DNA of 64,000 nt from Raillietiella orientalis (Eukaryota). The position numbers were made by a program, and so were the translations under genes. The stretch covers positions 1,302,001 through 1,366,000 of the forward strand of contig JAYWIR010000006.1 of NCBI GenBank assembly GCA_036172245.1. The letters run 5' to 3'. Numbering within the stretch: position 1 is the first letter of the stretch; each line of letters begins with the position of its first letter. The notes below the pieces were generated by a model, which worked only from the letters and a program-made list of their open reading frames with translations, had not been told where the DNA came from and did not search any database. Positions 36,401 through 50,520 of the stretch are shown in pieces.

Positions 36401-39400
36401 CGGAGCTTCCTCTGAGGGCACATCCCTTTCCTTCCGCCCTGCCTCTACAACGGGGACCGCGTCTCTGGCAAGGGTGCTGCACTACGAGGGTGAGTCTTTC
36501 GCTCAAGGAGGATCCGTGACCCTGCTCGGGAACAACAGCCGGCAACTCTCTCACGCGCCACCCATCACTGGACTCGTGGGGCAGTGGTCAAGGGTGCGGG
36601 ACGGGATCGAGGGGTTCGTCTGTTCCAGCACCGCAAGGTAGGAAGCCAGCGAGGGCACCACCGTCTTCCTGAGTGTTGAATGGAGGAGCAAGGGTAGGTC
36701 ATTTGATGAACAGTAGGGAGGAGAAAGAGGGAAACTGACCCTTCACACGGAAGATCGTCGAGCGTTCCTTTCGGTTCTCTGAAGATCTCCAGCAACCGGC
36801 CTCCCTTCCTCCTCCTCCTCACCAGCATGGGACACCGACGCCGGTGACGGGGGAAGGGCGAACGAGAGATCTCGGGTAGGAGAAGGGAGGAAGACGTGGG
36901 GAGGGAGGGGCTCGGCTTCTCGCTGGATCCACTAGGGGGAGTTAGGGCTTAGCGTGCGTGTTATTCTTCGACCGTGACCGGAAGATTCCGCCCTCTGTTC
37001 GAGGCGCACCATACGTGCGTGGAGTGGGGCCATCGGGAGAGAGAAGGGCTGAAGGAATTTCGAAGAGGGCCGGACGCGGGATAGCAGCGTGTCAGAGCTC
37101 CTCCCCCCCCCCCCCGGCTGCGATTCCGCATCCTGGTTTATCTTGGCAAACGCGACCCGGTTGACGTCGAGGGGGAAGCTCTAAATGCCGCCTCCCCGGC
37201 GCCGTTTCTCCCCTTCCAGGACTGGAGTCACCGCGGGAGGAACAGCCTGATCATCTCCGGGAATCCCGAGGAGGGCGGGGGAGGGATCCTTCGGCTCCTG
37301 ACGCGCTGTCCGGAAGGGTTGCAAGGATCTTCCCGGTATGGGTCAGGGGTGGAGGAAGGTCAAGAACGCCTTCGATCTCCGGATGCCGTGAGCGATCCCT
37401 TCTCTTAGCTCGCGGCAGCAGCTGCCCGCAGGGTATTCTGGAAGACCCCGGGACGCCTCCCTCCGCTTTCCCTGCCCTCCCTCAAACTTCTTTTTAGCCC
37501 TCCGGTACTCGCCGGCAGATGAAGGCTCCTCCGATTGCGCGAACCCGGTCGTCTGCGTCCCCTCCTCCTCGCCACTCTCCCGTCTGCTCGATCCCTTGAA
37601 CACGGCGGGAGGAGCTGGCCCACAGCCCGTGGACAGACCCCTGGAGCTTCTGCATCCCTTTTTGCTGCTTTCCCATCCGCCTCCAGGAGCCTCCACGAGG
37701 TGGCACTCGCTCGCGTAGCTGTCTGGTCGGGGTTGGAGGCGTTCTGGGGAGAGGATGCACGGGTGGAGGGGATGTCTCCGTTCCCAGCGAACCCGACCGC
37801 CGTCCCCCGCCTCTGCTCCCGGAGCTGGAAGGGGGGAGGGAGCCGAGCGCCCCATTATGGAGGGGACGACACGAAGGCGGCGGCTTCGCGTCCCTGGATC
37901 TTCTTCCTGCCCTCTTCCCCTCGTCTTTCCATCATCCCCCTTGTCCTCCCCTTGCTGCCACGGGGATCAGGAGTGCGCCCGTCTCCGCCTCCGGATCTCC
38001 CAGACACAGCTCTGGATGACCTCCGCGTAACTCCTCAAAAAAGAGCGCCGTCTGCCGCGGGAGGGGATGTCCTGGGACTGCGTGGGCGTCCCGGAGGGGA
38101 AGGTCAAGAGGGAGGAAGGAAAGGAGGGCGAAGAAAAGTGGCCAATTAGCCTCCCCTCTTAGGGAGGCTTGGGGAAGCGTGATGGCAGCGGCCCCACCCC
38201 TCCCATTTTTCAGGCATTAGGCGCTTCCTGTTTTCCCCTCAGAGGAGGCGACGGGGACGCCTGGAGGAGGGGGAGGGGGAGGTGACGACCCTCCTCCTCC
38301 TCTTCCTCCGCCCACCCGGCGCCTGCCTCCGACCGTCTGACCTTCTGCCTCTCCTTCCCTCTGACCGTGCCGGCAGGCGCGTGAGGGTCGAAGACCCGCC
38401 CTCGAGACTCGGCGACGGTGACGGCGGTGTCCAGGACAAAGGGAAGGAAGGGGGGGCTGCTACTGTCCATCCCGGTCGACGGGTGGGGAGCACGAGCCGT
38501 GCAGATCCAGCCGGAAATGGATTCTGCGCTTCAGATTCCTAAGCAGGGGGGAGGCACTTCCGCGATCGTGTCGGGAGCTCCGAGGCCCTCGGACAGGAGG
38601 AGGGTGAGGAGAGGCAAAGGGGTGCGGGAGCTGCCGCGCTCACGAGCAGCGCAACTCGAAAGAGGCGGCGGCAACGATTGTTTTTCGAGTGAAAGACGAG
38701 AGGGGGAGGTGGAGCAGGAGGAGGGAGGGAGGGAGGGGGGTAGAAAGGGAATGCAGGGGTTCTTCGGAATTCCGTCTGGAGCTACTCGACCAGAACTCGC
38801 CTCTGGACGCCGTAGGCAGAGACGGCGAACGTGGAGAAGGCGATTGCAACTCCCCTTGCGGTGGGGAAGCAGGTGATCCGCTTTCGAGGGAGGAAGAGGG
38901 AGAGGAGTAGCGCTCTCTTCTTTCCTGACATTCCCAGAATCTGGAAAGAGCGTGAGGAGGAGGAGGGGGCAAGAGGATCAGGGCAGGGTCCCTTGACCGA
39001 CCTGAGCCGCCGAGGAAAATGGAAGACTCCCTCGCCGCTAATCGGGTCAGAGCGGTGACTCACAAAGCGATGGCGGGGAGGTCGGGTGCAGGAAGCAGGG
39101 AGGAAAAGGAGCTCGTCGGGGGAGGGGAAGGCAAAGACGAACCCGCGCGTGCGCGTGAAGGTCAAGAATTCTCCCAATGCCACAAACGAGCGCTGACGCA
39201 CGGATCCCCAGGAGCGCCCTTTCCCGGCAGGACGGAAGCTCCGACACGCCTTCGCGTTCTGCGCATGCGTTCGCCTAATCGCTCAAGGGGGTGCCGAGCA
39301 CCGCCCCATCTTCCTCCAGGTGGACCTCCTCCGAGGGTGGATGGATGCCCTCCCTAGGCAGACCAGCAGCGCACTCTGACGGAAGGGCGACCGAGGAGGC

Positions 39401-42400
39401 CTCGGGGTGTATGGGGTGGAGGCAGGGAGACGGTGAGAAGTGGCGGAGAGGGGGGGGGAAGAAGAGCCAGCATCTCGTCCCTCGAAGATCTTCCTCGGAG
39501 TTCCATGGCACGAGCTGAGGAACACAGGAAGAAACGAGCGAGAGCAAGGAGGAGGGGAAAGCAGGCGGTAGCAAAGGAGAGGTGAGGGCCAAGCCTCAAG
39601 GGATTGGGTCCAGGAGAGGAATGCACGTCTGAACGAACCATGGAGAACCAAATCAGGAAAAAAATGGGGAGGAGAAAAGAATCTTTCGATGCATAGACTC
39701 ATTCCGGGATGTCCGTATTTGCCACGATCCCAAGGGCTGGATTTCTCCATGACCTCCCGTCCTGGCGCGAGCGCTGCATCCGTCTGGAGTTCGTTCGTTC
39801 GGAGAAGTCAGAGGCCGCTGTTGCTGCATCCGCGCCGCTCTTGGGAATGAATGGCGCAGCTCCATCCCCACTGGTGGAGGATGGAGCTGCTCGCTCCGAA
39901 ATGGAGCGCGCGCCCGTTCTTTTTCCGCTCCGGGGGCGCCCGCTTATCCTAGGGAAACCGGGCTCCCGATATGAACCTGTCCCCCGACGGCATGCCCCTA
40001 CACGGTCACCTCACGGCGATCTTAGCTTTACTCGTCTTTGAGCTTTGGCTGACTGCGTGTCCGCCGTCCCCGTTATCCGTGCAGTGCATGAAGGCGGGGA
40101 GCGTATCGTCCTCGAGGATATGGGAGGACGTTTGCAGCACGATGAGCGAGCACAGCTCTCCGCATGACAGATGCGGAAATGGGACCGTGGGATTACGAGG
40201 TTGGGGAAATGAGGAAGGGGGGGGGGGGGAACGGGGGTTCAGAAGTATGGCCTTGAACGTCCATCAGAAGGGAATCCAAGCGTTTTCCAGAAAGTGTCCG
40301 CAATAGCGGAAGCGACGAAATGACCTCGTGGAAACTTGTGTTGCTTTACGTGACACGAAGTCTCTGCTGCGTGCCGAGTGCATGAGTTTTCCCTACAGGC
40401 ACGCCCGTGGTGCTCAAAAAAGGCTGCAAGGTGCCTCTGCCAGAAATTTTACCTGCTACTTGGAAATACCCTTAAGTAATGGTCACTGTGGTCACTAATG
40501 ACTGTCTTTACACCGACAGGGAGCACTGACTCCGGAAGGTTAGCTTGCGTGAAACGGGAAGGGTGGAGAGCGCAGGACTTTCCTTCCACACTCTCGCTTG
40601 TTCGTGCGATCATTTTCGTTCTCCCACTCCCGTAATCAAAGATGCTGGGGAAAAGCGGAATACCTGCAAAAATGAGGGGTTCTGTCGGGATCAAATTTAT
40701 CACCATCAGCACTCTGTCTGACCACGCTTTCATCCGTGCTCTTCCCGTGACGTGACCGCTGCTCTTCCATCGTTTGGAGTACGTCATTTCGGCATGGGAA
40801 AGGGAAGCTGAAGAGGGTTTGTCGCGACCCTGCGAATTGCGGCGCCGTGTAAAACTTTGGTCTGCTCGTCCGTTCGGCCGCTTCCCTTCCCGACTGCCCC
40901 GCGCCCAGGCGAGGAGGGAAGGCCTCGGCAGGAGGACGCAATAACCGCGACTGCACCTTGAAGTTTCCAGTAAACAATGGAGGCTCGTACGAAACAATCA
41001 GAAGGCAATCAGGACGCGGGGAAATTAACTGCCTAGGGTTAGCCATTGTCGCGGCGTAGGCCCCAACTCATTATTAAGCTCATAAGCATTGATTCCTAAA
41101 TATAGGCATTGCAATTGTTGTCTCCATTAATTTTTCCAGGACGCATGCCATCCGTGCACTCGCAAAAAGTCAGGCGCGCGCGTCCCGTGATAACCATAAA
41201 CTTTAACTAAAGTGACATTGGAAGGAAAAAAAAAAAAATGGTTCATGTAAAAATAATGTAATTAACGATCCACTTGACTGAACACCTGTGACGGATAATC
41301 AGCTAGGCAGCGGCCAGTAATTTATGATTACGCAGCAGTAATTATCGAGGAACGAGCTATACCAGCAAATGAAGTAGCACCAACGGGAAGGCGGCGAGAA
41401 ATCTTCCCCTGGTGCTGGGGGAGCTCCCCTGACTCCTTGCGACTTGCCCTCCCCGGCCCAGGGATCCCATCGCCTCGCCGCGAACAGGAGCGCTGCGCGA
41501 GGCTGCAGATGCGAATCGATCTTTTTTCCCGAATTAATTGGAAATTTCATTTTAAGGGAGACCGAAGGTTGCATGGAGAGGAGAATTAAGAGACCCGAGC
41601 AGTCTCCCAGGCCCTGCTCTCCGTGAAATTAATCGTCTGGTAGTCTCGTATTAGATGTTGAGATGGATAGGGTGAGGACAAAAAAAAAAAAAAAAAAAAA
41701 ATGCCATTAAACTTATGTGAGTGTACGAAACCAAGAATGCAATTTTGTCTTAGGAATCTGCCCAACTGACACAGCATTCAATTGCGGAATCTGTTGCAGC
41801 TGCTGAGTCAGTGATACAAATAAATGAGATAAATGAGAGATAAATGAAGTACACCGCAATAAAAACTACATAGGAGAAGTCGCGGGTGATCACCAAGATG
41901 GTGATTAATGATAGTTTACTGGAGCTCCGAATAAGAAGGAAAAGAAAAGAAAAGAAGAAGAAGAAGAAAAAAAAAACTGTTGTACTTGGAAAACTCTGGA
42001 ATGTTCGGCGTCCATTTTTTTCAGCACCAACTGGCTGAAGGAATCTGGAATCAACAAGATATTTGAAGAGATTATCCGAAGAATGTTATGGAAGTAAATA
42101 CTTTTCCCGTGTTTTTTTCCTTTTCTGTGTCTGCGTGTGTGTGTGTGTGTGCGTGTTTTTTTTTTGTCTTCCGTGTTTTTATTTTAACAAAGTAGAAGCC
42201 TCGTCCAATAAGGGGATCGAGGGCTTAAATTTATTTGAACTAGAATGAGCCTTTTGTACAAAAGGTTGATTTATAAAGAAGAAGGAACTCAATTCAGAAG
42301 TGACATCTGTTGCCGAGAGAATTTAGAAGGGAACAAGGAAATCTCATTTAGCAAATTTGAAGGGTCCAGGAAAAAAGAATAAAAGAAGAAGAAGAAGAAG

Positions 42401-45400
42401 AAACACTCGATAGCGACTTCCTGGAGCATTTGGATTACAAGCTGAGGACTGCCATTGGATGAAACGTTTCAGCTCGAAGCACTTCAGCGTGTTTGCACTT
42501 TTTGCAAGGCATCCTTTGCCTAAGAAATAGCACGGGCGATTGCGAGGTGAAATTAAGCTGCTTTTACGATCCCAAATAAATTGATCAGCTGATGAATGGG
42601 AACCGGTCGGCGCGCGAAATCTTCCCATGAGCGGTCCAGCGGCTCCACGGGATTTCTGCTTTCAGTTTGAGGCCACTGCTTTTGAGAAAGCGCCCTCGCG
42701 TTCTCCCAGCCGGGAGGTATGGAGCAACCCGTCGGCTCTGATCAGAAGGTCGACACCTGAAGAGATGGGACGCAAGACGCGGTGCCCGGAGCGGAAGTCA
42801 AGAAGAACCCGGAGCAACTGTGGGAAAGGCTTCGGCGTCCTCTTTCGAGAGCAAGGCAGGCGGTGAATACGGCCGACCCCCTCCTCTCCCCCGGGTTCGA
42901 AGAGGGACGGGAACCGGGTCCACGTCTCCCCGGCACGACAGGTGGGGAGCAGGGAACACGGCCGCGCGAGAGCTTCGTCTCCCGGAGAGCCGCGACCAGG
43001 AGTCGAGTTTTTCGCACGGATTTGCCGGGGCATTTATTATAAGAAATTATTATAAAAGTCGTCGTCTATAGTACAGATTCGGGGTAGAACACTTGGTTCT
43101 TCCACGCGCGAATCACTTGGCAGAGACCGGCACGCAGGCTGGTGAGGTCCGTTCCATTGGCGAAGGCGGTAGGGGAACCACAAAAGAGAGAGAGAGAGAG
43201 AGTGAGTGAGAAGGATTAAAAAAAGGGGGTGGGGGAAGTTCCTTGGGGGAGGGGGGGGGACGGGGAATGGATCACCGTTCACCTGGAGACGTCCTCTGCA
43301 TCCTGCTCAGGGTGCTGGCAAGTGCTGTTTTTGCATCGACCAGGTGGGGCCATCTCGACGCGGTCCTCAAAAAGATCGTAGCCCCGGGGATCGTGTCCCT
43401 GCCATTTAGCCCTCTCCTTTTCGCGTGCCAGCATGCCACGATTTTCCACGGACACAGCAGCAGGGAGCTGCTAAGGACGCGGCTGGCGGCAGATCGGTAC
43501 GCCGGAGGAGGCAGCGGAAAATGTTCCTTGGGCCGCCCTCCGGTCCTTCCTAGGATCGTCGAGAGACGATCCCAAAGGGGTCAGAGGGCGGAACAGTCTA
43601 CCAAGAAGTGGGTTGAGGTCTCCTTCTCGCCGCACGTTGTACAATGGGCATCGACGCTCCCCCGTGTCCAATGAGGGAGGCGCTCTCTGCATGGGATCCT
43701 CCAATGCAACAAAGCAACGCCATCCCTTGCCACTTCAGGAAGAGGATGCCACTGTCCCAACGTCAGGAGTCCGGTGAGTCCGGCCGCAGCCTTTTTCCAC
43801 CATTCGCCATCCCTCCCCGCAGGAAAGAAACTTTCCTGAGAACTTCCCGATTCACCAGGAGCGCGCATCTCGCACGCTCGCTTGGGAGCAGGAGCGCGGT
43901 CCGGGACCGTCCGTCTCCTCTTCAGAGGAGGATAAGGAGCGGACCTTCCCAGCTGCCCGCGTCTCCCGGCGCTGGCCTCGGCATGGGGTGGCACGCGGAA
44001 CTCTCGAAGATCAGCCGACTGGAGGAAGGGTGGACGGGGGTCGGGAAGAGAGGTGGAATGTCCTCAGAGGTGCCGAACATCGGCGACGGGCTGTTCCTGG
44101 AAGCCACAGGGCGGTTCGCAGATTAGCGCCCCCCCCCCCCCTACAAGCCTCGAAGCGACGTCGACACGAGGTTCCTCCTCTCCTTCCCCTCCTTTCCGCG
44201 AGAGCGAAGGATCGATTCTTCCTCCTCCCCCCTCCCAAGCCGCCGCACCAGTGGAGCGCGCGCGCGGGCGAGCGAGCGTGGCTGCTAGGCGAGGGATGCT
44301 CGCAGCGACCACATGAGAGCGCGCGCGCGGAGACCGCCCAAGGGTGCGCCGCCGAAAAGCCCGCGGTTGCCATGGGCGACTCGCCGCGTCGTTGCGGCCC
44401 GCTCTCCCCCCCCCCTCCCCATCGCGCGCGCGCTTTCTGCTTCGCGAGCGCTGCCGCCAACTGCCCTCACCAAGAGATGCATCGCTCCGCTGCATGGGGC
44501 GCGCGCGCACCCACGCACCCACAGGACCGACCCTCGTCCCTCCTTCAACCACCTGACGGGACGCCCTCTGAGACCCGGGAGAGCAGGCCGGTCTCTTCCT
44601 GCCCCCTTCTTTCGCCGTAACGTGGGGCTTCGGAATGAGGAAGGACGACCGCTTCCCCACTCTGGCGAGGGGTGCTGCCGAACTCTGCCCCGAAGGAAGG
44701 AGGTACCTCTGGGACTCCTAGCCGGCCAGCAGCCCCGCGGGATCTCCTTCCTGAGGAGGAGAACCGACATGGGGATGTTCCTCGTGCAGATCCCGAGGTG
44801 CCCTCGAAGAACCCGGGAAAGTCTTCCCTTCCCCCGGAGCGAAGGGGTCACGGAGCCCCCTTCACTCCCTCACCCTGGGGCGTCGCCGCCGGAGGGTCCA
44901 AACGGATCCCCTCACCTCTCGCGCGCCCTTCCTCCCGGAGGGCATCCTTCGCTGCGGCCAGTCGAATCGTCCGTCGCGGAGGGCGGGAGGGGAGGGGACT
45001 GACCACGTCGCCTGGGGAGGCCCCACAGGAAGTGCTCGCGCTCGGCCCGGAAGGAGGCGGAGGTGACGTGGGAAGGGGGCGCTCGCGAGCTTCCCACGTC
45101 CGCGCTCCAGGCGACGGCGAGGTCTCGGAAGAAGGATGGAGGGGGAGCGGACGCGCGCGCGCGATCTCCTGGAGGAGGGCGCTCGCGCGCCGCCCCCGGG
45201 CGGAGTTCTTTGAACCGGCGGCCTCTGCCCCCGCTCTGACCTGCGCCCGCAATTACCAACGCCTGGGCTGCCCCGGAGCGGCGGCGGCGCACGAGCGACT
45301 AGCCGCCCTTCCGCTTCCGGTCGCGGCCACCCGCGGCCAGGGTCCATCGGAGGGAACGCGCGCCCTTGGGGGAAGGGGGCGGAGGGGGGAAGGGGTGGCG

Positions 45401-47081
45401 AGAGGGAGGCCGCGCGTCCAACCCCCCACTCCGTTGCCCGGCGACCTGCGTCCGGGAGAGGACGAAGAGGGGTAGGCGCAGCAGCTCCAGGAGTTACGGG
45501 GCCGAGTCAGGGAGTCTTGGCCTCACTCGGCCCTTTCGGGGATCCCTTTCCTCCTAAAGGGCCGGGAGAGGAGGGAGAGAAGGCATGCAACTGGAGCGCC
45601 TGCCTGCGAAGGGTGAGGCTGGTACTCTATCGCTAGAGGAGCCGGAAGCAGGAAGGATGGGGGAGGGGGATGAGGATGACGAGGGTCTTGTCTCTTCCCG
45701 ATGGGACAGCTAGGCGCGGGATCCTCCTTCTGGAGCGGGAAGCAGCCCCTCCCGAACCAACTGAGCCCCTTTTTCCCTCCCTTCCCGCTCGTCCCCGTCC
45801 CCAGGCACCGTCACGAGATGGCGCCATCCGGCCCCCTCGGAGCCAGAGGGACTCCCGGAAGGGGTGGGAGAAGGGGATGGTCTCCTCTCCCCACCTCCAT
45901 CAGGGGTGAGACGGGGAGATCTTTCTTTCCCTCGTTTTCCCGAAGGATCGACCGGCAACGGCAGCGCCCCTATTCCCCTCCCTCCCCTCCCTCACCCCTT
46001 TCGTCGACCGGAGAGGGCCATCCCTCCGTCGGGTGCACTCCCGGGGAGTCCCCGGAGGGAGGGAGGATGTGAGGACGAGCGGCGGTCTTCCGTCCCACGA
46101 GAGTGGAGTCTCTGTCCCCTACCGGATCGCCTGCAGGGGCGCGGCTTCGCTCTCCTCCCCCTTCCCCCCCCGCTCATCACCGGCTTCACCACGGAGGCGG
46201 CGACGGCTGCGGCGCTGCCAGGGACGACGGGCGAAATTGAGGAAGCTCGCCGTCTCGGACGTAATGATCGGCTCCACCCCAGCCTCCGCGCATCCACCTA
46301 ATTACCTCCCTCCCATCTTCCCCTCGCATCCCGGGCTAATTATAGGATTTCGCCCAAAAGATCGAATGAGGTTCGTCTCGGGTCTTCCCCCCTCCCCCCT
46401 CTGCCCCCCCCTTCTGTCCCCGTGGTGGAGGAGGCCGGCACGTGCGCAAGCGTGCTGGATCTGGCCAATTCTGCATCCCCTCCAGGGAGGACCGGGGAAC
46501 GCCGCAACCCCCCCCCCCCGCCCCTCTTCCTTGCCCCTCAGACACTCCCCGAGCGAAACGCCTCCGCGTTGACAGGATGGATGGCTGCGGGCGGGAGGTG
46601 GTGCTGCTTAGGGGGCGGCCGCTGCCGCTTAGGTGGCCGTCCCAGCCCTCCCCCGTGGCAGCCGTTCCCTCTGGAGAGGAGGACGAGCAAAAGGCGAGTC
46701 CAGCATCTCCTGCCAGAAGCCGCGCTTTTCCCTTTCCACTTCTCCCGGGAAGAAGGGGACTCGGAGGGGCCTCCCCGACAGCGGCGCCACGAGCGCGAGA
46801 CCCGAGGCGGCTTTCCGCCTCGCCGCGCGCGTTCTCGAAGGAATTACGAGGACGGGCCCGGGCGCGCCGCCGCGCCCTAGTCGGCCTTCAGGGGACCCCT
46901 TCTTCCCTCGCCCTGGGGGGGAAAACCTCTCCCCTGGGCGGCGTCCGTCCCGAGCGGCGGCGACATCCGGTGGTCGCGCGCGGAACGCGGACACGTCCGC
47001 CCGCCCCTCCCTCTCCCTTCAGCAAGGTCCCCCGGAAACTTCCAGAGTCCCCCACGCAGCGGAGGTGCTGCGCGTTTCGTT

Positions 47082-47538
47082 CCGTGTGGCGTGGGCGCCA
47101 CCCATGGCGCGCTCGTGGAGAAAGGGAAACCTCGGGAGCGCGTGTTGGCGCCGGAAGGAGAGAGGAGGGGAAGGGGGGGAGGGAAGACGTCACCAAGGTG
47201 ACGCGCGCACCTGCGGGTTCTGCGGAGGCTGACCGACAGGTGACAGTGGCGACCCTTCTCTCCCTCGACGTCTCCTTCGACCCCAGGAGACAACGCGGAA
47301 GGAGGAGCGAGGCAGGCAGAGGCGGCAGCCCGTCCTGCAGCATCCTCTCCCGGAAGGCGGGGATGCGGCACAGCGCGCCTTTCCTCCCTCCCGCTGAGGA
47401 CAAACAAAGGGAAAGGGGAGAAGGAAACGAAAGCAAGCGAGGAAGAAGAAGAAGCGCGAAAGAGGGGTCGCCGCTGCCGCCGCCACCACCGGTCCCCAAG
47501 GGCAATGCGAGCAGCGGAGGCGGGTGAGGCGAGCGCGC
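47082..47538 (+). repeat. Diverged direct duplication, copy A (partner 50521-50873)
   Basis: Ungapped core 47183-47329 vs 50566-50712 with 113/147 identical nt (manual alignment); collinear gapped similarity on both sides. Confidence 0.85.
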
Positions 47539-50520
47539 TCGGAGGGAGGGAGGTGCTGGGCGAGGCGGCACCGCGGCCAGATGATGGGAGGCGGCGGCCG
47601 CCACTGCCGCTGCCGCACCCACTCCTGGGCGCGCATGCGCAACGAGGCGAAACGCGGCCGCCGCTCTCGGGCGGTCGCCGGTGTTCCTCTCTTTTTGGCA
47701 GGGAGGGATGAGAGGAGCAGGGGGAGGGGAAAAAGAAGAGGGGGGAGAACAGAAGAGCGGGTTCCAGTTTCCTTCCTCCTCTATCCGGCCCTCCCGGCAG
47801 CGGACTCTCCAGATATCTCTCCCCGAACTCCTTCCGGGACCTCCCTTCCCCTCGGGGACTCCCCAAGCCGGTTCCGGGAATACGCGCAACGCTGGGGGAA
47901 GCCAAGGCCGGCTTCTGACGAGTCTCGACGGACCATCACCAACTAGGGGTCGCGGACACACACATCCCTTCCCTCGCGCTCCCCGGAGGGCGCCGACGGA
48001 GCGCCCCTTCGAACAGGCTGCCCGCTCCTAGTGGGTGATGGATCAGGAGCTGGGGCATATGCCCGCGGGATTCAAGAGCTGCTGGGTTGGGAGCTGGGAA
48101 CGCACGCCGTGGCACAGACTTGTCCTTTCCCCTCCTTTCCCCTCTCCCCTCCCCGGTGCCCCTCCTCTGAACTTCCGAGAATCGCCGTCCCTTTTCCGCT
48201 GCTACTCTTCGCTAACGCCCAGCCATCTCCCGGAACCGCTAGATTTCCCACGGGCACCACGTGCTGGGCGCATTCTACGAACGCTGCGCCGTCGAGGAGG
48301 GCTCCCTAGCGATCCCGCCGCCGCCCCCCGTCTTCATCCCGGTTTCCCGGCCGGAGGGGACGATCAACCGATGTCCTCGCAGGTCAATCCAGCGCGCGCG
48401 CATGCTTTCGCCAAGGGCAGGAGGACATTCTCCTGGCGTCCGGGAGGGTGCTCACCTACGTACGCGAGGGTGGAGCCGCGTCTCTTGAGCAGCACGTTTC
48501 TCCCTTGTTCGCCTCTTCCTTCGTGCTCTCTCAGGGAGGAAAAGCAAGGCGCGCCGAATGGGGATTCGCCATCGAGGCTGACGGAGGGAGTTTCGCGGTT
48601 CGACCGCTAGATGGTACTGCCGCTCCGAGGCAAACCGACTGAGCGAGGAGGCACGAAAAAAAAAATACACAATCGCAACTCGTGGATGAAAGTGCCTTTC
48701 GTGTTGGGTGCCCCTACACGAGGGAGGAGGGAGGGGGAGGGGAAGGGGGAAGGCCTGCACCAACTCCGTCCCTGCAGAGACTTTCCCGCGAGCTCTCGAG
48801 CAGGAGCATCCGAGGAGCCAGTCCGTCCTCTTAGAGAGCAGCCGCTCGCAAGAGACGGGGCGAGAGCTGGATCTAGCTCCGGGAAGAGCTTCGGCCCTAA
48901 AAAGGAGGCGGATCCCATGCCCTGGGCCTCCAAGGGATGAAGTAGCAGGGCTCGGGCCATCCTGAAGCTAAAGCGAGACCTGCTTGCATCCGAGAAGGCT
49001 TTTCCCGAGGATCCGAGGAGGGAACAACCCACGTGCGCGAAGGCCCTCGTCGCGGAAGCAGACAGTCCCCCACAGAGGAGGAATCTAAGCAACGGTCCTT
49101 TGAGAGCTGACGCCCGCGGACGGATTCCAGGGAGCACACAAGGAAGGGGGGAAAGCCAGAGGGAGCAGAAGAGACGAATGGAGAGGGGAGACCTCATGGG
49201 GGAGGCAGGGTAAACTTCCCTATCTCCAGTGGTTGGGACTGTCAGTCCTCTCTTCCTCTTCCTCTCTTCCTCATTCCCTCCTCCGTCACCCGCATCTTCT
49301 CCCCTTCCTGTCCTCATCCTTCTCCTACTCCCTTTTCCTTCCCCTCCGCGTTCCTTCAGAAGCCGGAAACAAAGGGGACCGATCCCTTTCGCTCCTCTGG
49401 TTAAGGAACAGAAGAGGAAGGGAAAGGGGAGAGAGGTGGAGTGGAAGGGTCGCTGCGTGACCTTCCGGCTTCCATGTCCCCCAACCCCTCCTTCTTTCCA
49501 ACAGGCGATCCGCAAGCCGCCTGGAAACCTTGGGCGCGCGATCCATGGAGCGCGCGAGGAGGAAGAGGAAATCTGCCCTCCGCCTCCTCCCCTGTTCTAG
49601 CCCCCTTTCCCTCCACTCCTCCACAGCCTCTTCCCTGCCATCTGCCCTTTCTCCCCCTTCCCTCACCTGCGCTCTTCTTTGTCCGCCGCTTCTGCTCTTC
49701 TACCTCGATCTTCCTCCTGCCTCCCCTCCTTCCCTCCTTTGGCCGCCACCACTGCCACCACCTCCTTCCTCCCCCTCCTTCCCGGCGCTCCGACCCTTCC
49801 GCCTCTTCCAGCTCCTGGGACGGATGCAGACTTGGTCTGTCAGCTCCGAAGTCTGGAGGAATGCGGTCGGGGTGACGGCTGACAGGGATGCCAAACACCA
49901 CTAGAGGGAGGGGGAGAGGGGGGGAGCGCGAGACGGTTGACGAAGGATAAAATACAAATTAGGGAGCTCCATCAAGGGAGACGTCGTTCGTTCTCTGCGC
50001 CATCCATCAGGGAAGGCGGACGTCGAACCGCAGGCTGCTTGAGCGGCCGGGACGTCTTCCAGACGTCCCGGGGCGGCGGGAGGTGGGGGTGCCAACCGAC
50101 GAGGACGGGCAGCTCGCTGCCCCATCTCCAGCACGCGCTTCGACACCCCTCCTTCCCTCCCCTCAACAGACTCCGGACGCGCGCGTGGTGGCTCCTGCGG
50201 GAGAAAGCAAAGAGCCATCCTCCGGCTGCGGAGGGGGAGGGGGTCTCGGTCCCTCCTTCTTTTCCTCCCTGGAGAACCGGCGTACGGCCCCCGGACACTC
50301 CTAGAGCCGAGCAGGCCTGAACTCTTCTGGCCCGCTCGGCTTCCCCTTCCCCGCCCTTCCCTCCGCCTCTCTTCGCACGCAGGCGCAAGCATCCCGAGGG
50401 TTGCCGTGGCACTCGTCGCGCCTCGTGCCGAGCCGCTAGAGGGGAGGCGAGGGAGGGATTCTGCCTTCCCATTAGCGGACAGCGAAGCCGCCGGGGAAGC
50501 TGCCTCCGCGCGCACCCGGA

